Source of the DNA: a virus
Reading direction: 5' to 3' (one strand)
Virus record (IMG/VR): IMGVR_UViG_3300043424_000316
Coordinates: 13,221-77,220 of that record
DNA length: 64,000 bases
The translations under genes were made by a program, and so were the position numbers. The notes under the pieces are model-generated. The model saw only the letters and a program-made list of their open reading frames with translations. It ran no database searches and was not told the DNA's origin. This document shows, piece by piece, positions 28,328 through 38,875 of this stretch (positions within the stretch are counted from its first letter, which is position 1; the number at the start of each line of letters is the position of its first letter).

Positions 28328-30054
28328 TACATATCAAACCTTACGATAACATTAACATCAACATCATCACGTTTTTCTAATGGATTTGCTAACTTAGCAA
28401 CCGCCAATAAATTGTAGTCGTCATCGTATAAACCAATACTTGTTATGTATGGATTGAATAATGATGATGTAACATAATTTTCTAATTCATGGCTATATGC
28501 AGCTTTATCAACTCTAACTGTTGGATTCTGTGTGAAATTAAATTCACCTCGTCTTATTTTACATATAATTTCATATTCGTAAAATGTTACTGTTGATCTG
28601 AACTCACCTCTAAACCCATTATCCAAACCGTTGTAATCAAAGTTTCCAGTTTGTCCCAAAAATGAATTTGCATATTTTGGTCTTGGGTCTGATATTACAA
28701 AAAATCCAGTTCCGTAGAATACATTACCAACTCTTGAAGTCTGATATGCATATCCTGTGTTCAATGTATTTTCATATAGATATGGTATTTTATCGGATGA
28801 AATTGCTGAATTGTATATCCGTATTTCATCCATTGTTCCATGGAAAAGACTTGAACTATTCGGACTACCACCTATGAAAAATAAATTCTCATTTCCAACA
28901 TCAGTATCGATAGAATCTACAACCTCACCATTCAATACTCCGTTCAACCAAATTTGATAATTACTTCCTGATTTCTGACAAACTACGTGATACCATGTAT
29001 CGTTTGTTAATGCACTTGATGTAACCTCAACGGTTTGAAAAATAGAACTTTGTCTAAATGATATTTTTCCAGGTTTATCTGATAAACTATTGTTGTAAAA
29101 TATATCAAAAGGATATTGTTTGGATTCTTTTTCCGTTTCATCAAAAGTATGAACTAATGTGGTTTCATCTATTGTGTATATTTTTTTGACTAAGTTTTTA
29201 TTAAAGAGATAATTTTTACCATCAATTCCATTTGGTTGATTTGATTTTGGATTTAACCAAAAACTAAATGCAAAGTCTTGTCTTTTATTGAAATTAAAGT
29301 TTACATTTGAATTTAATCTAAAATAAGATCCACTCATATATGCACCAACGCCGGTTGGTGTTACTGATCCACTCAATGGTATACCAGGAACATAAGTTAT
29401 CTTTTTTGTATTATGTATATTAACTTTATTTCTATGTGAAGACATATCCAACACATAATCCAACTTATTGTTTTTCATGTTGTATTCACGATATTTTTCA
29501 TTGAATCCAACATACAATAAACAATTTCCAAAATTTACAAATTTAGTTTCATCAAAAGAATTATCTCGTAAATTACCAGCACCATCATCTGTCAATGTAT
29601 ATTCGTATGGTGAACCATAATTGTTAAGTGTAACCGATTTCTTTTTTATACCCTCACCGAATACACCAACTGGTATCATAAACAAAGAAGCGGATTCAGC
29701 AAGATATGTAATCTGTTCATCTGTTGTTATGAAAGATGGTAATTTATCATTACTATATTCTGTATAGTAGTTATGATCCAGATAGTACCAAAGTATTTTT
29801 GGATCAAGACTTTGTGTTGTAAATACTCTTTCGTATAGGGACGATGAAATGTTTGCAACATTTCCAAAATACTTATGGTTTTCTGGATAATAAGCACGAT
29901 AAACTTTTATTCCATACTTTTCATAGTAATACTCCTCTGGATTATTTGTAGAAATTTTCCAAAGTTTATTTATTTCAAAAGGGCGTATTGTAAATTCGCC
30001 AGCTTTCAATTTCTTATGAGTATAACTTAAATTATTTCCAGATTGAAATGACAT
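28327..30054 (-). CDS. Virion protein with a LamG/ConA-like domain and a tail-collar-like C-terminus
   Basis: FAFSFWL, WYHVVC..IWLNG and GTMDEIRIYN; C-terminal PYITSIGLYDDDYNLLAVAKLANPLEK. Confidence 0.75.
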   Translation of the reverse strand: MSFQSGNNLSYTHKKLKAGEFTIRPFEINKLWKISTNNPEEYYYEKYGIKVYRAYYPENHKYFGNVANISSSLYERVFTTQSLDPKILWYYLDHNYYTEYSNDKLPSFITTDEQITYLAESASLFMIPVGVFGEGIKKKSVTLNNYGSPYEYTLTDDGAGNLRDNSFDETKFVNFGNCLLYVGFNEKYREYNMKNNKLDYVLDMSSHRNKVNIHNTKKITYVPGIPLSGSVTPTGVGAYMSGSYFRLNSNVNFNFNKRQDFAFSFWLNPKSNQPNGIDGKNYLFNKNLVKKIYTIDETTLVHTFDETEKESKQYPFDIFYNNSLSDKPGKISFRQSSIFQTVEVTSSALTNDTWYHVVCQKSGSNYQIWLNGVLNGEVVDSIDTDVGNENLFFIGGSPNSSSLFHGTMDEIRIYNSAISSDKIPYLYENTLNTGYAYQTSRVGNVFYGTGFFVISDPRPKYANSFLGQTGNFDYNGLDNGFRGEFRSTVTFYEYEIICKIRRGEFNFTQNPTVRVDKAAYSHELENYVTSSLFNPYITSIGLYDDDYNLLAVAKLANPLEKRDDVDVNVIVRFDM

Positions 30055-30055
30055 A

Positions 30056-31339
30056 TCAATTTAACCTTAATCGTACTTGAATTATATGTTCTTCATTTGG
30101 TTTCTTTAATATAGGTCTTGGCAATTTACCAACTGCTATCAATTCTCTATCATCATTGTATAAACCAACAGAAGTTATGTAGGATATAGGAAAGTCTACA
30201 AACGATTCATACTTAAAGTGACCATAACTTCCAGATAGATAAGTATAATTGTTACTGTAATTAAATTCGTATTCTTTTATTCTACAAAAATATGTTTGTG
30301 TTTTTACTTCTTCCGATATTCTTGAATACCAAGAACCAGTGACCGGCCTATTAGTTGTTGTATTACATGATGCACTTATTGCAAAAAAGAACTTTCTTAT
30401 ATTGTCACCATCTATTGATGCAGTGACAGTATTGAGTGAACATGATTGATCCAGAACTACACCATCCAATACAATTATGCCCTTTTTCGGAAAAATTATT
30501 CCCCATGCATCATCTGTTTTTTCACCATATATCCCATCATTTAACGAACCAGAAACTAAGTAATAATACTCTCTTAATTCTTTTCTCAAAGTATTCACAT
30601 CTGCCAAATCTTCCGAATCATCTATTAAAGTATAGATTGCAGATGATGATGGGTGTGGGTAAAAATTACTACCAGTATTATACAGTTGATTTGTACTAGA
30701 TGAAATTGGAGCAAGTGTTATCTGTATATTTCCTGGATCAACCATTTCTGGAAACAAGTTTCTATTAAAATTTATTGCATAAAAATAGTCACCGTTTTTT
30801 CCGTTCTTAAATGGTATCTTACCATCGATTGAATGAAAATACTCCATCAAATAATTTTTGTATATTATTTTTGATGGATAAACTGGAGTGTATTGATCCT
30901 CATAATATATTGAACCTGAACCAGATATATGTCCATATGTTATATCACATATTGTATCACAGTTTTGATCGGTTTCTATATTGCTCAATACTCTTAAAAA
31001 ATATCTTGAATCACCAAAATTAGAAGATGTGTGGAATGTATTAAGTCTTTCACTTCCGTTTGGAAACATACCCTTTTTTCTGTATTTAGTTTGTACAATA
31101 GAAAAATCTCTCGGTGAAACAAACTTTTTGAATATACGAGATTTAACAGAAGAAGCCAATGGCACAGGTGTTGGTGCAGGAGCGGACTGTGGGGATTGCA
31201 TCAAAAAAGAAATTGTATCGTTGTTCACAACAACTCTATACTTATCCTTTGTTGGAAATCCTTTTGTTATCTGAAAATCAACATATGCCTTTAACAGATC
31301 TAATAAATGTTTATTTATTTCAAAACTTAATACATTCAT
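30056..31339 (-). CDS. Virion structural protein, tail-collar C-terminus family paralogue
   Basis: DPGNIQITL, LIDDS, YFCRI..EFNYSNN and YITSVGLYNDDRELIAVGKLPRPILK. Confidence 0.65.
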   Translation of the reverse strand: MNVLSFEINKHLLDLLKAYVDFQITKGFPTKDKYRVVVNNDTISFLMQSPQSAPAPTPVPLASSVKSRIFKKFVSPRDFSIVQTKYRKKGMFPNGSERLNTFHTSSNFGDSRYFLRVLSNIETDQNCDTICDITYGHISGSGSIYYEDQYTPVYPSKIIYKNYLMEYFHSIDGKIPFKNGKNGDYFYAINFNRNLFPEMVDPGNIQITLAPISSSTNQLYNTGSNFYPHPSSSAIYTLIDDSEDLADVNTLRKELREYYYLVSGSLNDGIYGEKTDDAWGIIFPKKGIIVLDGVVLDQSCSLNTVTASIDGDNIRKFFFAISASCNTTTNRPVTGSWYSRISEEVKTQTYFCRIKEYEFNYSNNYTYLSGSYGHFKYESFVDFPISYITSVGLYNDDRELIAVGKLPRPILKKPNEEHIIQVRLRLN

Positions 31340-31343
31340 AAAA

Positions 31344-31775
31344 TTATGTTAAGGTTGTTGATAAAATTGTTGGTACGTTTGCAGTCAACTTAAAAATTTC
31401 AGATAATCGTTTTCTTTCTTCTATCAAAACTGATCTTAATTCCGGTGTAATAGCAACACCTATTGGGGTTTCAGAGAATAAATCAGGATTCAAAATATAT
31501 GGAACTTTACCAACTGTTAAAGTTTCTCTCAATGTATTCAAGTTTGCAGTTGCTGTTTCTAATTTCTCTCGTTGAGACAATGCAAGTGCACTTGGATTTG
31601 CATTTATTGCTTCATAGAATAAAACAGAATTTACACCACCGTTTGTATCTATATCCAACATTTTCATAAATAAATCAACTGCTATTTTTCTCGCCTCTTG
31701 TTCTTGTATTACCATTGGGTAATCGCCCAATATGGATCCAGATAGAGCTGTTATTATTTCGGTTTCTGTTATCAT
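31344..31775 (-). CDS. Hypothetical protein
   Basis: 143-aa ORF packed tightly in the structural operon. Confidence 0.6.
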   Translation of the reverse strand: MITETEIITALSGSILGDYPMVIQEQEARKIAVDLFMKMLDIDTNGGVNSVLFYEAINANPSALALSQREKLETATANLNTLRETLTVGKVPYILNPDLFSETPIGVAITPELRSVLIEERKRLSEIFKLTANVPTILSTTLT

Positions 31776-31776
31776 A

Positions 31777-34700
31777 TTACCAATTCAAACGTATTTTTAT
31801 TAAAACATCATTTTCTTTTGTCTTCTTAATAGGTTTACTTAGTTTTGCAATAGCAATCAATTCTTTTTTAGTATTATACAAACCAATCGTAGTGATATAT
31901 GTCATTGGATTATCTACAAAACAAGTGTTTTTAATTCTACCCTTTTCTGTTCCGTTGTCTATGACATATGTTGGGTTATTACTATAATTTGCCTCACCAG
32001 ATGGTATTCTCACAAAATAATGATTTGTTGTTTTGAACTTTACATTTCTAGCACGCATTGGTTTATCTACAGCAGCAGCACCACTAATTGCAGTGAATAA
32101 TTTGAAAGAATTATCACCGTTTATGTTACTACCGGTTACACTATTGAATGAAGCAGAAACATTTAATTTCTTACCATCCAATACAATTATGCCCAAATTT
32201 GGATATACCTTACCATATGTTGTAATATATTCATTTGTTTCTAAACTTCCTGTTCCACTGACGTGTATACCATTGGTCAAAGAACCACTTACTATATCAT
32301 AGTAATAATTCGGATCATCATTTGCACAAACATCCTCACTATCAAATGTTGGTGAATTGTCTATCAATGTAAGTATCTTTGGATTTGATCCAGAAACTTT
32401 CACATTACTACCAGTGTGTACATTATTGGCAATTCCACTGCCACTCAATTCAGCAATGTTTATTTCAAAGTTACCAATATCAAGTTTGTCACTCAAACCA
32501 TTTCTGTAATAATTTATCACATAAATATCATCAGGTGTATTGACTGATCCACCATCATAAAATGTAAAATACTTTTCATGTGGATCAAGTGTGAGCAATC
32601 TATATTGTGAATATATCGCTCTACTTGGACTATCATTTACTTCATATCCACTTGATATTGATCCAGAACCTTTGTGATTTCCGTATGCAACTGCAAAATA
32701 AGCGGTTTTATTACAGTTATCACAATCTGTTATTTCGTAATAATAATCTTTCTGTGAATTGGTTTGTGTTGATGATGTATAGTAACAATCGAGAGATTGT
32801 GACAAATTAAACAAACCTTTTATAGATTTCTTTCTAACTCCTGGAAGTATATCAGTTCCATATAAGAATGGATGGTGTAATCTTCCTTCACCTGTTCTTT
32901 CAAAGCAATCTGGCTTCTCTCTACGGTTGTCAGTTAATTCTTGTCCAACTGTCAATGAGTATGCAGCAGCTCTTGATTCTGGAGCAGGTGCTGGATATGC
33001 AGGGTCTAAAACTTCTCTTTGAGGGAAAGTTTCAGTTGTGCCATATAATGGATTTGTATATGATATTTCATCGTATATTACATAATGAGTCAAAACTTCA
33101 ACTTCATCACAACCACAAGGATTATCTAAATCAACTTTCCATGTAGATACTGTTCTTGAAGATGGAATACAAGATAAGTTTGTAGATGAACGTTGAACTG
33201 ATGTGTAACTAGAGAAATATATTCCGGGTTCATTTGGGAATCTACCTTCGATTGGCGAAACTTCATCTTCTGTTGAATAGTAATATCCATCAGCTGTTTT
33301 TAACAATTCACCAGAAATTTTTCTAGAGGCACCAGAGTTTGGTTTAGCGAGTATACTTATCACCCACTTATCAATATCAGAACCAGGTTTTGATTTGTAA
33401 TCAATTTCTACTCTACCAACGCCAGGTTTATTACAGAATATCTTATATGGAATTATTCTACTTCTTTTTAGACCCCATTGATAATCTTCACGCAAACCCT
33501 CTAAACATGGATTTCCTGGTATTGGTTCCATTGTTGTAGATTTTGCATTCCGCATTGGAACCAAACCGTTTTGTAATAATAGTTGGAATTGTGGTGAGTT
33601 TCTATCCCCACGTAATATATCAACTATCTTTCCAGTTACAGCACCAGTAGAACTTGCAGTTTGGTCAATTAGATTTACAACTGCATCTGCATATACTTTT
33701 TGATTTACAACTGCCTGGTCATCTAAGACAAGATTCCATAAAAATCCACTTTGTGCACCCTCTTGATAGAATGGTGCAGAACAATCATTGGATGTTGCAA
33801 TTCCAAAAGACCAAGATACCTTTCCATAAAATTGATTTTGTGTATCAACAGTTTGTGCATTCAAGGCAGTGGATCCGCCACTACCAATACCAGTTCCTAC
33901 ACCGGTTCCTGTACCGGTTCTTGTACCGGTTCCTGTACCAGTTCCTCCGCCAGTGTTTGTGGATGTTTCCACTTCACCACTAACTCTTGAACTGATAAGT
34001 GTTGTTAATGAACGATCAGTTCTATCATTTTGAGGATATTGTTGTTGTAATGCACTACTGATTTCAACTATATCGTTTGGAGTTATAGATCTATATTCGG
34101 TTGCACCCATGAAAAAGAAATTTTCTATTATACTCATGGCAATATATGCACTAGTATCATTGTACCAGGAATTATTACCTATGATTAAATCTTGAACAGA
34201 TGCTGGCAATCTGGTAATAAATCCAGTTGGTGGTGAACCGTTTCTCCAAAAGGTATTCTGTCTATCTTTTCCAGGACTTATACCCATATTTGGACCAAAA
34301 TTATCTACAAATGGTTTGAATCCATCTAAATTAGATAATTGTTCTATAATATCCTGGTATACGGTTACATTATTTTGATATGTAATTACCGGTAGTTCTT
34401 GATATATTCTTGTGATAATATCCTTTACATCATAGTAATAACCGTATTGTATTTTACCAACTGCATCAGATGTTGAATTTTTGGGTACGGTTACAAGATT
34501 ACCATTTTTATCAGGTAATATATTAAAGTATGGATATGAATTTACCTCTATCGTAAACAACTCTGTTGGTGGGGTGTTTGGACACGCCGCATACATTGTT
34601 ACTACTAATTTTGGATCACGCTTTATATTGAAACCAAAAAACTTCTTGGTTGCAGGTAATGTTGGATCAACTACTTGTCTTATCTTAAAACTATATTTTG

Positions 34701-35820
34701 TATTAGGGCAAGTAGCTGGTAAAGAAATTCTTCTTGGCTGTGGAGCTGCAAATGAAAACGAAGCGGCAGGAGCAGACAAGTCATTTTCTGTTAAGTTATT
34801 CATATTAGTACCAATAGGTGAAGCAGACATCATTTGAACAAATTGTTGATCTGTAATACCAGCTGGAGCAAATTGTCCAGAACTCATTAAACCATCAGCC
34901 GAAAAAGTATTTAGAGTGCTTGCACCCAATGGTAAAGCGGGAATACCATTAGCGGATCTTAATGTTTGTGAAGCAAATGATCTATTTCCTGATAGTGGGC
35001 TATTGATGTTTCTGAAAGGATTACGGATAATATCTCGCCAATTTCTTGGTACTCTTGACGGATCAACACTTATACCACCACCACCACCGCCACCAGTGTT
35101 AATTGGTATATCGCCTGTTGTACTTTCACCTTCCCACCGAATACCGCCGCCACCTTGAAAATCTGATCCTGGATCATCAACACCGATTGGATCAAAATAT
35201 GTACCATCAACAAATTCAAGACTACCCATTTCACTTGTTTTAACACCAACCTTACTTCCACCCATTTTTCCTCTTTTCTTTCTAACAACTCTGCCAGAAA
35301 CAAAACTTGCAGGATCAACAGAACTTCTTAATGAACGATACAAATTTGCAGTAGAAGTAGTTGATGTTGCCCAATTTTGAACTTGATTTGCAGAATTTAC
35401 TTCTGGTTCTATAATATCAAGTGAACCATCTTGATCCTCATCACGACCAACATACCATATTGGTTGTAATGAAGACATATATGTTGCTGGTTGTGTTGAG
35501 TTAAAAGGAAGTGCAGTATTTCGTGTATAAATCCAACTGTTATACGGAGTGACACCATTTGTTTGTTGAAGATAAATTCTGTATACATCGAATAATGTTC
35601 TGAAATTAAAATAAATTTCTCGTAATCTCGTATTGTTTATCACAACATTTGTATTTTGTGATAGATACGGATCATTCATAACTGAATCAGAATTTGAGAT
35701 GTAAGAATCTAAAAAATCTATTGTGGTTATTATCGAGTTCAAATCATTTCTTCTTATACCAGTAATTCCTTGATTTATTACCGAAACAAGAGCATCATCT
35801 AGTATGACATCAGTAATCAT
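31777..35820 (-). CDS. Large virion structural protein, tail-collar C-terminus family paralogue with a long N-terminal extension
   Basis: The last 360 aa or so align with 35832..36944 and 36941..38077 (FAVAYG..GSGS, PSRAIYSQY, GNFEINIAELSGSG, YITTIGLYN..ELIAIAKLSKPIKK). GTGTGT linker near 33890-33950. Confidence 0.65.
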   Translation of the reverse strand: MITDVILDDALVSVINQGITGIRRNDLNSIITTIDFLDSYISNSDSVMNDPYLSQNTNVVINNTRLREIYFNFRTLFDVYRIYLQQTNGVTPYNSWIYTRNTALPFNSTQPATYMSSLQPIWYVGRDEDQDGSLDIIEPEVNSANQVQNWATSTTSTANLYRSLRSSVDPASFVSGRVVRKKRGKMGGSKVGVKTSEMGSLEFVDGTYFDPIGVDDPGSDFQGGGGIRWEGESTTGDIPINTGGGGGGGISVDPSRVPRNWRDIIRNPFRNINSPLSGNRSFASQTLRSANGIPALPLGASTLNTFSADGLMSSGQFAPAGITDQQFVQMMSASPIGTNMNNLTENDLSAPAASFSFAAPQPRRISLPATCPNTKYSFKIRQVVDPTLPATKKFFGFNIKRDPKLVVTMYAACPNTPPTELFTIEVNSYPYFNILPDKNGNLVTVPKNSTSDAVGKIQYGYYYDVKDIITRIYQELPVITYQNNVTVYQDIIEQLSNLDGFKPFVDNFGPNMGISPGKDRQNTFWRNGSPPTGFITRLPASVQDLIIGNNSWYNDTSAYIAMSIIENFFFMGATEYRSITPNDIVEISSALQQQYPQNDRTDRSLTTLISSRVSGEVETSTNTGGGTGTGTGTRTGTGTGVGTGIGSGGSTALNAQTVDTQNQFYGKVSWSFGIATSNDCSAPFYQEGAQSGFLWNLVLDDQAVVNQKVYADAVVNLIDQTASSTGAVTGKIVDILRGDRNSPQFQLLLQNGLVPMRNAKSTTMEPIPGNPCLEGLREDYQWGLKRSRIIPYKIFCNKPGVGRVEIDYKSKPGSDIDKWVISILAKPNSGASRKISGELLKTADGYYYSTEDEVSPIEGRFPNEPGIYFSSYTSVQRSSTNLSCIPSSRTVSTWKVDLDNPCGCDEVEVLTHYVIYDEISYTNPLYGTTETFPQREVLDPAYPAPAPESRAAAYSLTVGQELTDNRREKPDCFERTGEGRLHHPFLYGTDILPGVRKKSIKGLFNLSQSLDCYYTSSTQTNSQKDYYYEITDCDNCNKTAYFAVAYGNHKGSGSISSGYEVNDSPSRAIYSQYRLLTLDPHEKYFTFYDGGSVNTPDDIYVINYYRNGLSDKLDIGNFEINIAELSGSGIANNVHTGSNVKVSGSNPKILTLIDNSPTFDSEDVCANDDPNYYYDIVSGSLTNGIHVSGTGSLETNEYITTYGKVYPNLGIIVLDGKKLNVSASFNSVTGSNINGDNSFKLFTAISGAAAVDKPMRARNVKFKTTNHYFVRIPSGEANYSNNPTYVIDNGTEKGRIKNTCFVDNPMTYITTIGLYNTKKELIAIAKLSKPIKKTKENDVLIKIRLNW

Positions 35821-35831
35821 ATATTTTTTCC

Positions 35832-36944
35832 TTAATAGTCAAGTTTTACTTTAATAACCACTTCTCTATCAAACGATTTTTGTATTGGTTTACTCAATTT
35901 TGCAACTGCAACCAAGTTATTTTCATTATCATATAATCCAACACTTGTAATATAAACTTTTGGATCCATTATCATACTTTCGTACTTTAATACATTATTT
36001 TGATTGAAAAAACTTGGATTGTTTGTATAGTTGTATTCATCAGAATATACTCTAACAAAATAATACGTTGATGCAACTACCTCACTTGTTCTTCCTTGAA
36101 AAGAATATGAAGCAGTATTAAATGCCATAGCACCACTTATTGATGTGAATAATCTATATGCATTATTATCACCAAATAAACTTCCAGTATAGTTCTCGGT
36201 TGGTGTAGTAACCCTACTTCTTGATGTATAAAACGAAGCGGAAGCATCCAATGCCTTACCATTCATTACTATAATGCCATGGTCAGGATAATACAGTCCC
36301 CAAGGAGTTGATGCATATGAACCAGTGTATTTACCACCTGCAAGTGTACCACTAACAACATTATAGACTCTACCACCTTGAACGGATAGTTCAGTTGTTG
36401 TTGTGCCGGAATCATCTATAAACGTGAATACGTCAGCTGCAGTTGATATACTACTACTACCAACAGAATTTAATTTACCCAAAGATAGTTGCCATGTACT
36501 TGTGTCCATTCTATCTTTGTATCTCGACCTATTTACATTTATTACATACACATATTCTGATGTTTCAGATACATTTCCGTTTGTAAATTCAAATGCATTC
36601 ACTCCAGGAGGCAATAATAATTGTCTATATTGTGAATACACTGCTCTTGTTGGGTAATCATAATCTTGTGCACCATACGAACCAGTTGATGAACCACTTC
36701 CTTTTGAATCACCGTAAGCAACACTAAATTGAACTTCGGCATTCGGAAAAATAGATTGACTATTGTATAGTTCATAAAAATATCTTTTAGTGCCATCTGA
36801 TTGATCAGATGATGTAAATGCAGTATAAAGAGCAACATTATTTCCAGACCATAGTGGAGCTGTAACCAATTCTCTACGATTTCTTCCTATTGCATCATTA
36901 GAAAATCTTTTTAATACAAACGGTGTTGTAGCCATAACAATCAA
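35832..36944 (-). CDS. Virion structural protein, tail-collar C-terminus family paralogue
   Basis: QFSVAYG..GSGS, PTRAVYSQY, YYFVRV..EYNYTNNPSF and YITSVGLYDNENNLVAVAKLSKPIQK. Confidence 0.65.
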   Translation of the reverse strand: MIVMATTPFVLKRFSNDAIGRNRRELVTAPLWSGNNVALYTAFTSSDQSDGTKRYFYELYNSQSIFPNAEVQFSVAYGDSKGSGSSTGSYGAQDYDYPTRAVYSQYRQLLLPPGVNAFEFTNGNVSETSEYVYVINVNRSRYKDRMDTSTWQLSLGKLNSVGSSSISTAADVFTFIDDSGTTTTELSVQGGRVYNVVSGTLAGGKYTGSYASTPWGLYYPDHGIIVMNGKALDASASFYTSRSRVTTPTENYTGSLFGDNNAYRLFTSISGAMAFNTASYSFQGRTSEVVASTYYFVRVYSDEYNYTNNPSFFNQNNVLKYESMIMDPKVYITSVGLYDNENNLVAVAKLSKPIQKSFDREVVIKVKLDY

Positions 36945-38077
36945 TACTCCAATTTAATAGTAACTGATAATTCACTTGTAAATGATTTCTTAATAGGTTT
37001 ACTCAATTTTGCAATAGCAAGCAAACTCAAATTACCGTCTATATCAGGTCCGTATAGACCGATTGATGTAATATATGCAGTTGGATTATCGTGAAATCTT
37101 GAATTTTTTATCACGCCTTTGTTTATACCATCTTGATATATCATGGTTGGATTACTTGAATAGTTACAAACATTGTTACCTATTCTACAATAGTAATATG
37201 AACAATGTTTTATATCAATCGCTCTTGCAGTAAAACCTTTCGTTCTTAATGCAGCAGAACCACTCATTGCGGTAAACAATTTGTAAGAATTGTCACCATT
37301 TATATTACTACCAGTTACAGTGTTAAATGATGCAGATAGATTTAATGTATCAGCAGATATTAGTATAATACCCTGACTTGGAAATACTCTACCATAATAA
37401 TGTGGAGAAGATGGATTGTAAATACCATTCTGCAAACTTCCACTAACCAAATATCTAACATAAGAAGTTTGTGTAGTATTCTCTATCAAATCTGTTGTAT
37501 CTCCAGAATCATCTATCAAAGTAATATACTGTGGTGTTGAACCAGAAACTTGTACATTACTACCAGTATGAACATTGTTTGCCTTTCCACTACCACTCAA
37601 CTCTGCAATGTTTATCTCAAAATTACCGGGATCCATTTTATCACCAAATTTATCTCGGTTTATATTGATGGCATAAAAATGTTTAATTTGTTCCGTTGCA
37701 CCAACAAGGGTAGAAGACGGTAAATAGAACCCACCTTCATCACCATCCAAACACATGAGTTTGTATTGAGAATAAATTGCACGAGAGGGTGTATCATTTG
37801 CCTCACCACCTTCATTTATTGAACCTGAACCGCTTATGTGTCCGTATGCAACAGAGAACATAATTTCATCTGCACAAGACAAAGAAGCAGAACCCCAAAC
37901 TTCATAATAATAATCTTTGGAAGCGGATGATTGTACAGAACTTGTAAAAAGCGTAAGCAATTCTGCTGTACCAGCCGCCCACAATCCTCTTGCAGTACCA
38001 GTAGTTGTTGGAGCAGGTTGAATTGGTGGAAATGGAATGTAATAAGTTTGTAAACTTGAACTAGCAAACAGTGACAT
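36941..38077 (-). CDS. Virion structural protein, tail-collar C-terminus family paralogue
   Basis: FSVAYGHISGSGS, PSRAIYSQY, DPGNFEINIAELSGSG and YITSIGLY..LLAIAKLSKPIKK. Confidence 0.65.
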   Translation of the reverse strand: MSLFASSSLQTYYIPFPPIQPAPTTTGTARGLWAAGTAELLTLFTSSVQSSASKDYYYEVWGSASLSCADEIMFSVAYGHISGSGSINEGGEANDTPSRAIYSQYKLMCLDGDEGGFYLPSSTLVGATEQIKHFYAININRDKFGDKMDPGNFEINIAELSGSGKANNVHTGSNVQVSGSTPQYITLIDDSGDTTDLIENTTQTSYVRYLVSGSLQNGIYNPSSPHYYGRVFPSQGIILISADTLNLSASFNTVTGSNINGDNSYKLFTAMSGSAALRTKGFTARAIDIKHCSYYYCRIGNNVCNYSSNPTMIYQDGINKGVIKNSRFHDNPTAYITSIGLYGPDIDGNLSLLAIAKLSKPIKKSFTSELSVTIKLEY

Positions 38078-38114
38078 ATTTAACCTCTATAACTAAATTG
38101 TTTAATAATATACA

Positions 38115-38801
38115 TTAGGTATTACTGAAAGAAACGGGAACAACAAAACGTGAACCATATCGTGTATTGGTGATAATAAGTTTTGTTGATTTTCCATCAA
38201 GAGTTGTAGGCAACCACGCACCGTTTATACCTATTACAAATTCAAGTCTAGGAACTATATCACTTGTAGTATTCCAAGTTTTTGATTTACCAGACATTGG
38301 AAGTTCAACAACACCAGTATTAACTGCAAGTACATTGAAATATGTTGTGTCTAACATTGTAAATGTATATCCACCTGGATTTTCTGTAATCACCAAAGGA
38401 CCATTTCCTGTACTTGACCATTGTTTCAATTCCAATGTTAAATTTGGCTTTGAAGTTGTTGTTAAATTTCTTGCACCACCAGTTTCAGTCAGTATCAAAG
38501 AACTTGGAGTCGATTCAATATATGGTATCGCCTTAGTTCCTTCTGACAATGTGATCAATTTATATTTCATAGATTGTGTTTCATCAGGAACTGCTTCAGT
38601 TATAGGTAAATTTTCTATAACTGTCCCCATTTTATCATCACCAAGCGGATGACTTTGATTCCATAAATCATAATCAATTTCATCATCGGCAAGTGCAAAT
38701 TGTGTAATGTTGAAAGATGATGCACCTTTTGCCAAAAGTTCTCTACCTTTTTTTGTAAGGATTGCGTCTACTGTAACTGTTGTGTTATTCAAGTAACCCA
38801 T
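38115..38801 (-). CDS. Virion/baseplate protein whose N-terminus resembles the start of a tail-collar fibre domain
   Basis: MGYLNNTTVTVDAILTKKGRELLAKG...ITQFALADDEIDY. AAGGAG RBS; ATATTTAT motif at 38840-38847. Confidence 0.6.
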   Translation of the reverse strand: MGYLNNTTVTVDAILTKKGRELLAKGASSFNITQFALADDEIDYDLWNQSHPLGDDKMGTVIENLPITEAVPDETQSMKYKLITLSEGTKAIPYIESTPSSLILTETGGARNLTTTSKPNLTLELKQWSSTGNGPLVITENPGGYTFTMLDTTYFNVLAVNTGVVELPMSGKSKTWNTTSDIVPRLEFVIGINGAWLPTTLDGKSTKLIITNTRYGSRFVVPVSFSNT

Positions 38802-38875
38802 TGTAAAACTCCTTGTTAGAAAATTAGTTGTATACTAATATAAATATAGTAATTATTCAAAAATATAAAATTATT

